Of a stretch of 42,039 nucleotides of DNA, positions 41,359 through 42,039 are shown piece after piece. Origin of the DNA: a virus (lineage: Duplodnaviria; Heunggongvirae; Uroviricota; Caudoviricetes). The notes under the pieces were generated by a model. The model did no database searches, had not been told where the DNA came from, and saw only the letters and a list, made by a program, of their open reading frames with translations. The number at the start of each line of letters is the position of its first letter. Position 1 is the first letter of the stretch. The stretch is taken from the IMG/VR virus record IMGVR_UViG_2737471829_000004. One strand, given 5' to 3'. The position numbers and the translations under genes are program-made.

Positions 41359-42039
41359 TCAGTTGATGAAAACAGAACCGCCCACGATGGTGATGCCATC
41401 CTTCGACAGCCTGATTACCGTCGATTCCCCGACCTGTAGCTGAATGCCATCCGGCGTCAGCGCAATTTTGCTTTCCTCCACGGCCAGCAAAATTTCCTTA
41501 ATCGCCGTATAAGCCTGTATACCGTCGCCTTCGCCACCATTGTTTACAGCGTCAACATGCACCGAACCGGCAATCGTGCCTCTGTCCTGAAAGACATCCT
41601 CAGATAAAGACCCTTTCAGTACTCCGGTGATCTTGTGGCCTTTTTCCACCGTAAGAAGGCGGTTACCTTCCTGGATCGTGACCGTCTGGTCATTTTTTAC
41701 GGTTTCGCGGTGATCGTGTTTTACGGTGGTGGTACGGTCGTTGAGCACTTCGGTATCCATGTTCTTCTGCGCGTGGATGTAGACCTGTTCTCTCCCTGTC
41801 GCATCATCAAACTTCAGCTCATTAAATCCGCTGCCCATGTACGTTTTGGAGCGGATGGTCATCTGCGTCTTTGTTCCCGGCAGGCTGCCGGGGGTGCGGT
41901 TTTCCTGGTGGTAGGTGCGCCCCATAATGATCGGCTGGTCCGGATCGCCGTTGAGGAAGTCTACAATCACCTCCTGACCCACACGCGGTATCGCCAGGTG
42001 GCCAAAACCGGTGCCTGCCCACGCCTGTGCCACACGGAT
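41359..42039 (-). CDS. vgrG: VgrG (T6SS spike), C-terminal part; 5' end lies beyond the window
   Basis: Contains the conserved gp5-like motif GQEVIVDFLNGDPDQPIIMGRTYH and downstream beta-helix-like repeats; the frame is open to the window edge. Confidence 0.85.
   Translation of the reverse strand: MRVAQAWAGTGFGHLAIPRVGQEVIVDFLNGDPDQPIIMGRTYHQENRTPGSLPGTKTQMTIRSKTYMGSGFNELKFDDATGREQVYIHAQKNMDTEVLNDRTTTVKHDHRETVKNDQTVTIQEGNRLLTVEKGHKITGVLKGSLSEDVFQDRGTIAGSVHVDAVNNGGEGDGIQAYTAIKEILLAVEESKIALTPDGIQLQVGESTVIRLSKDGITIVGGSVFIN

Overview
The window holds a complete ~37.1 kb Mu/D108-like transposable prophage (about 924-38020) inserted into a Type VI secretion rhs effector gene. The prophage ends match the Mu termini as I recall them (5'-TGTATTGATTCACTTGAAGTACG... 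and ...TTTTTCGTGCGCCGCTTCA-3') and are flanked by a 5-bp direct repeat CATGC. Gene order is Mu-like throughout: repressor, ner, transposase A and B, an early region of small ORFs with gam, mor, C, SAR-endolysin and lysis genes, terminase, portal, head genes, sheath, tube, tape measure, baseplate, tail fibre S-U, an invertible G segment with alternative fibre genes S'-U' between gix sites, gin, and com-mom. The repressor, ner and the transposase N-terminus are not Mu-type and look like a D108-type immunity region. One extra AT-rich ORF with a signal peptide lies between mom and the right end. The flanks are host DNA on the minus strand: a partial vgrG, a DUF1795/Eag-type chaperone gene, and the 5' 2.8 kb of a prePAAR-TM-PAAR-Rhs effector gene on the right, with the rest of the Rhs core on the left (1-923). 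The rhs reading frame is continuous across the insertion once the prophage and one CATGC copy are removed. No tRNA, rRNA or CRISPR array was seen. All calls come from reading the sequence and the ORF track and from recalled knowledge of Mu; no searches were run, and coordinates of short sites may be off by 1-2 bp.
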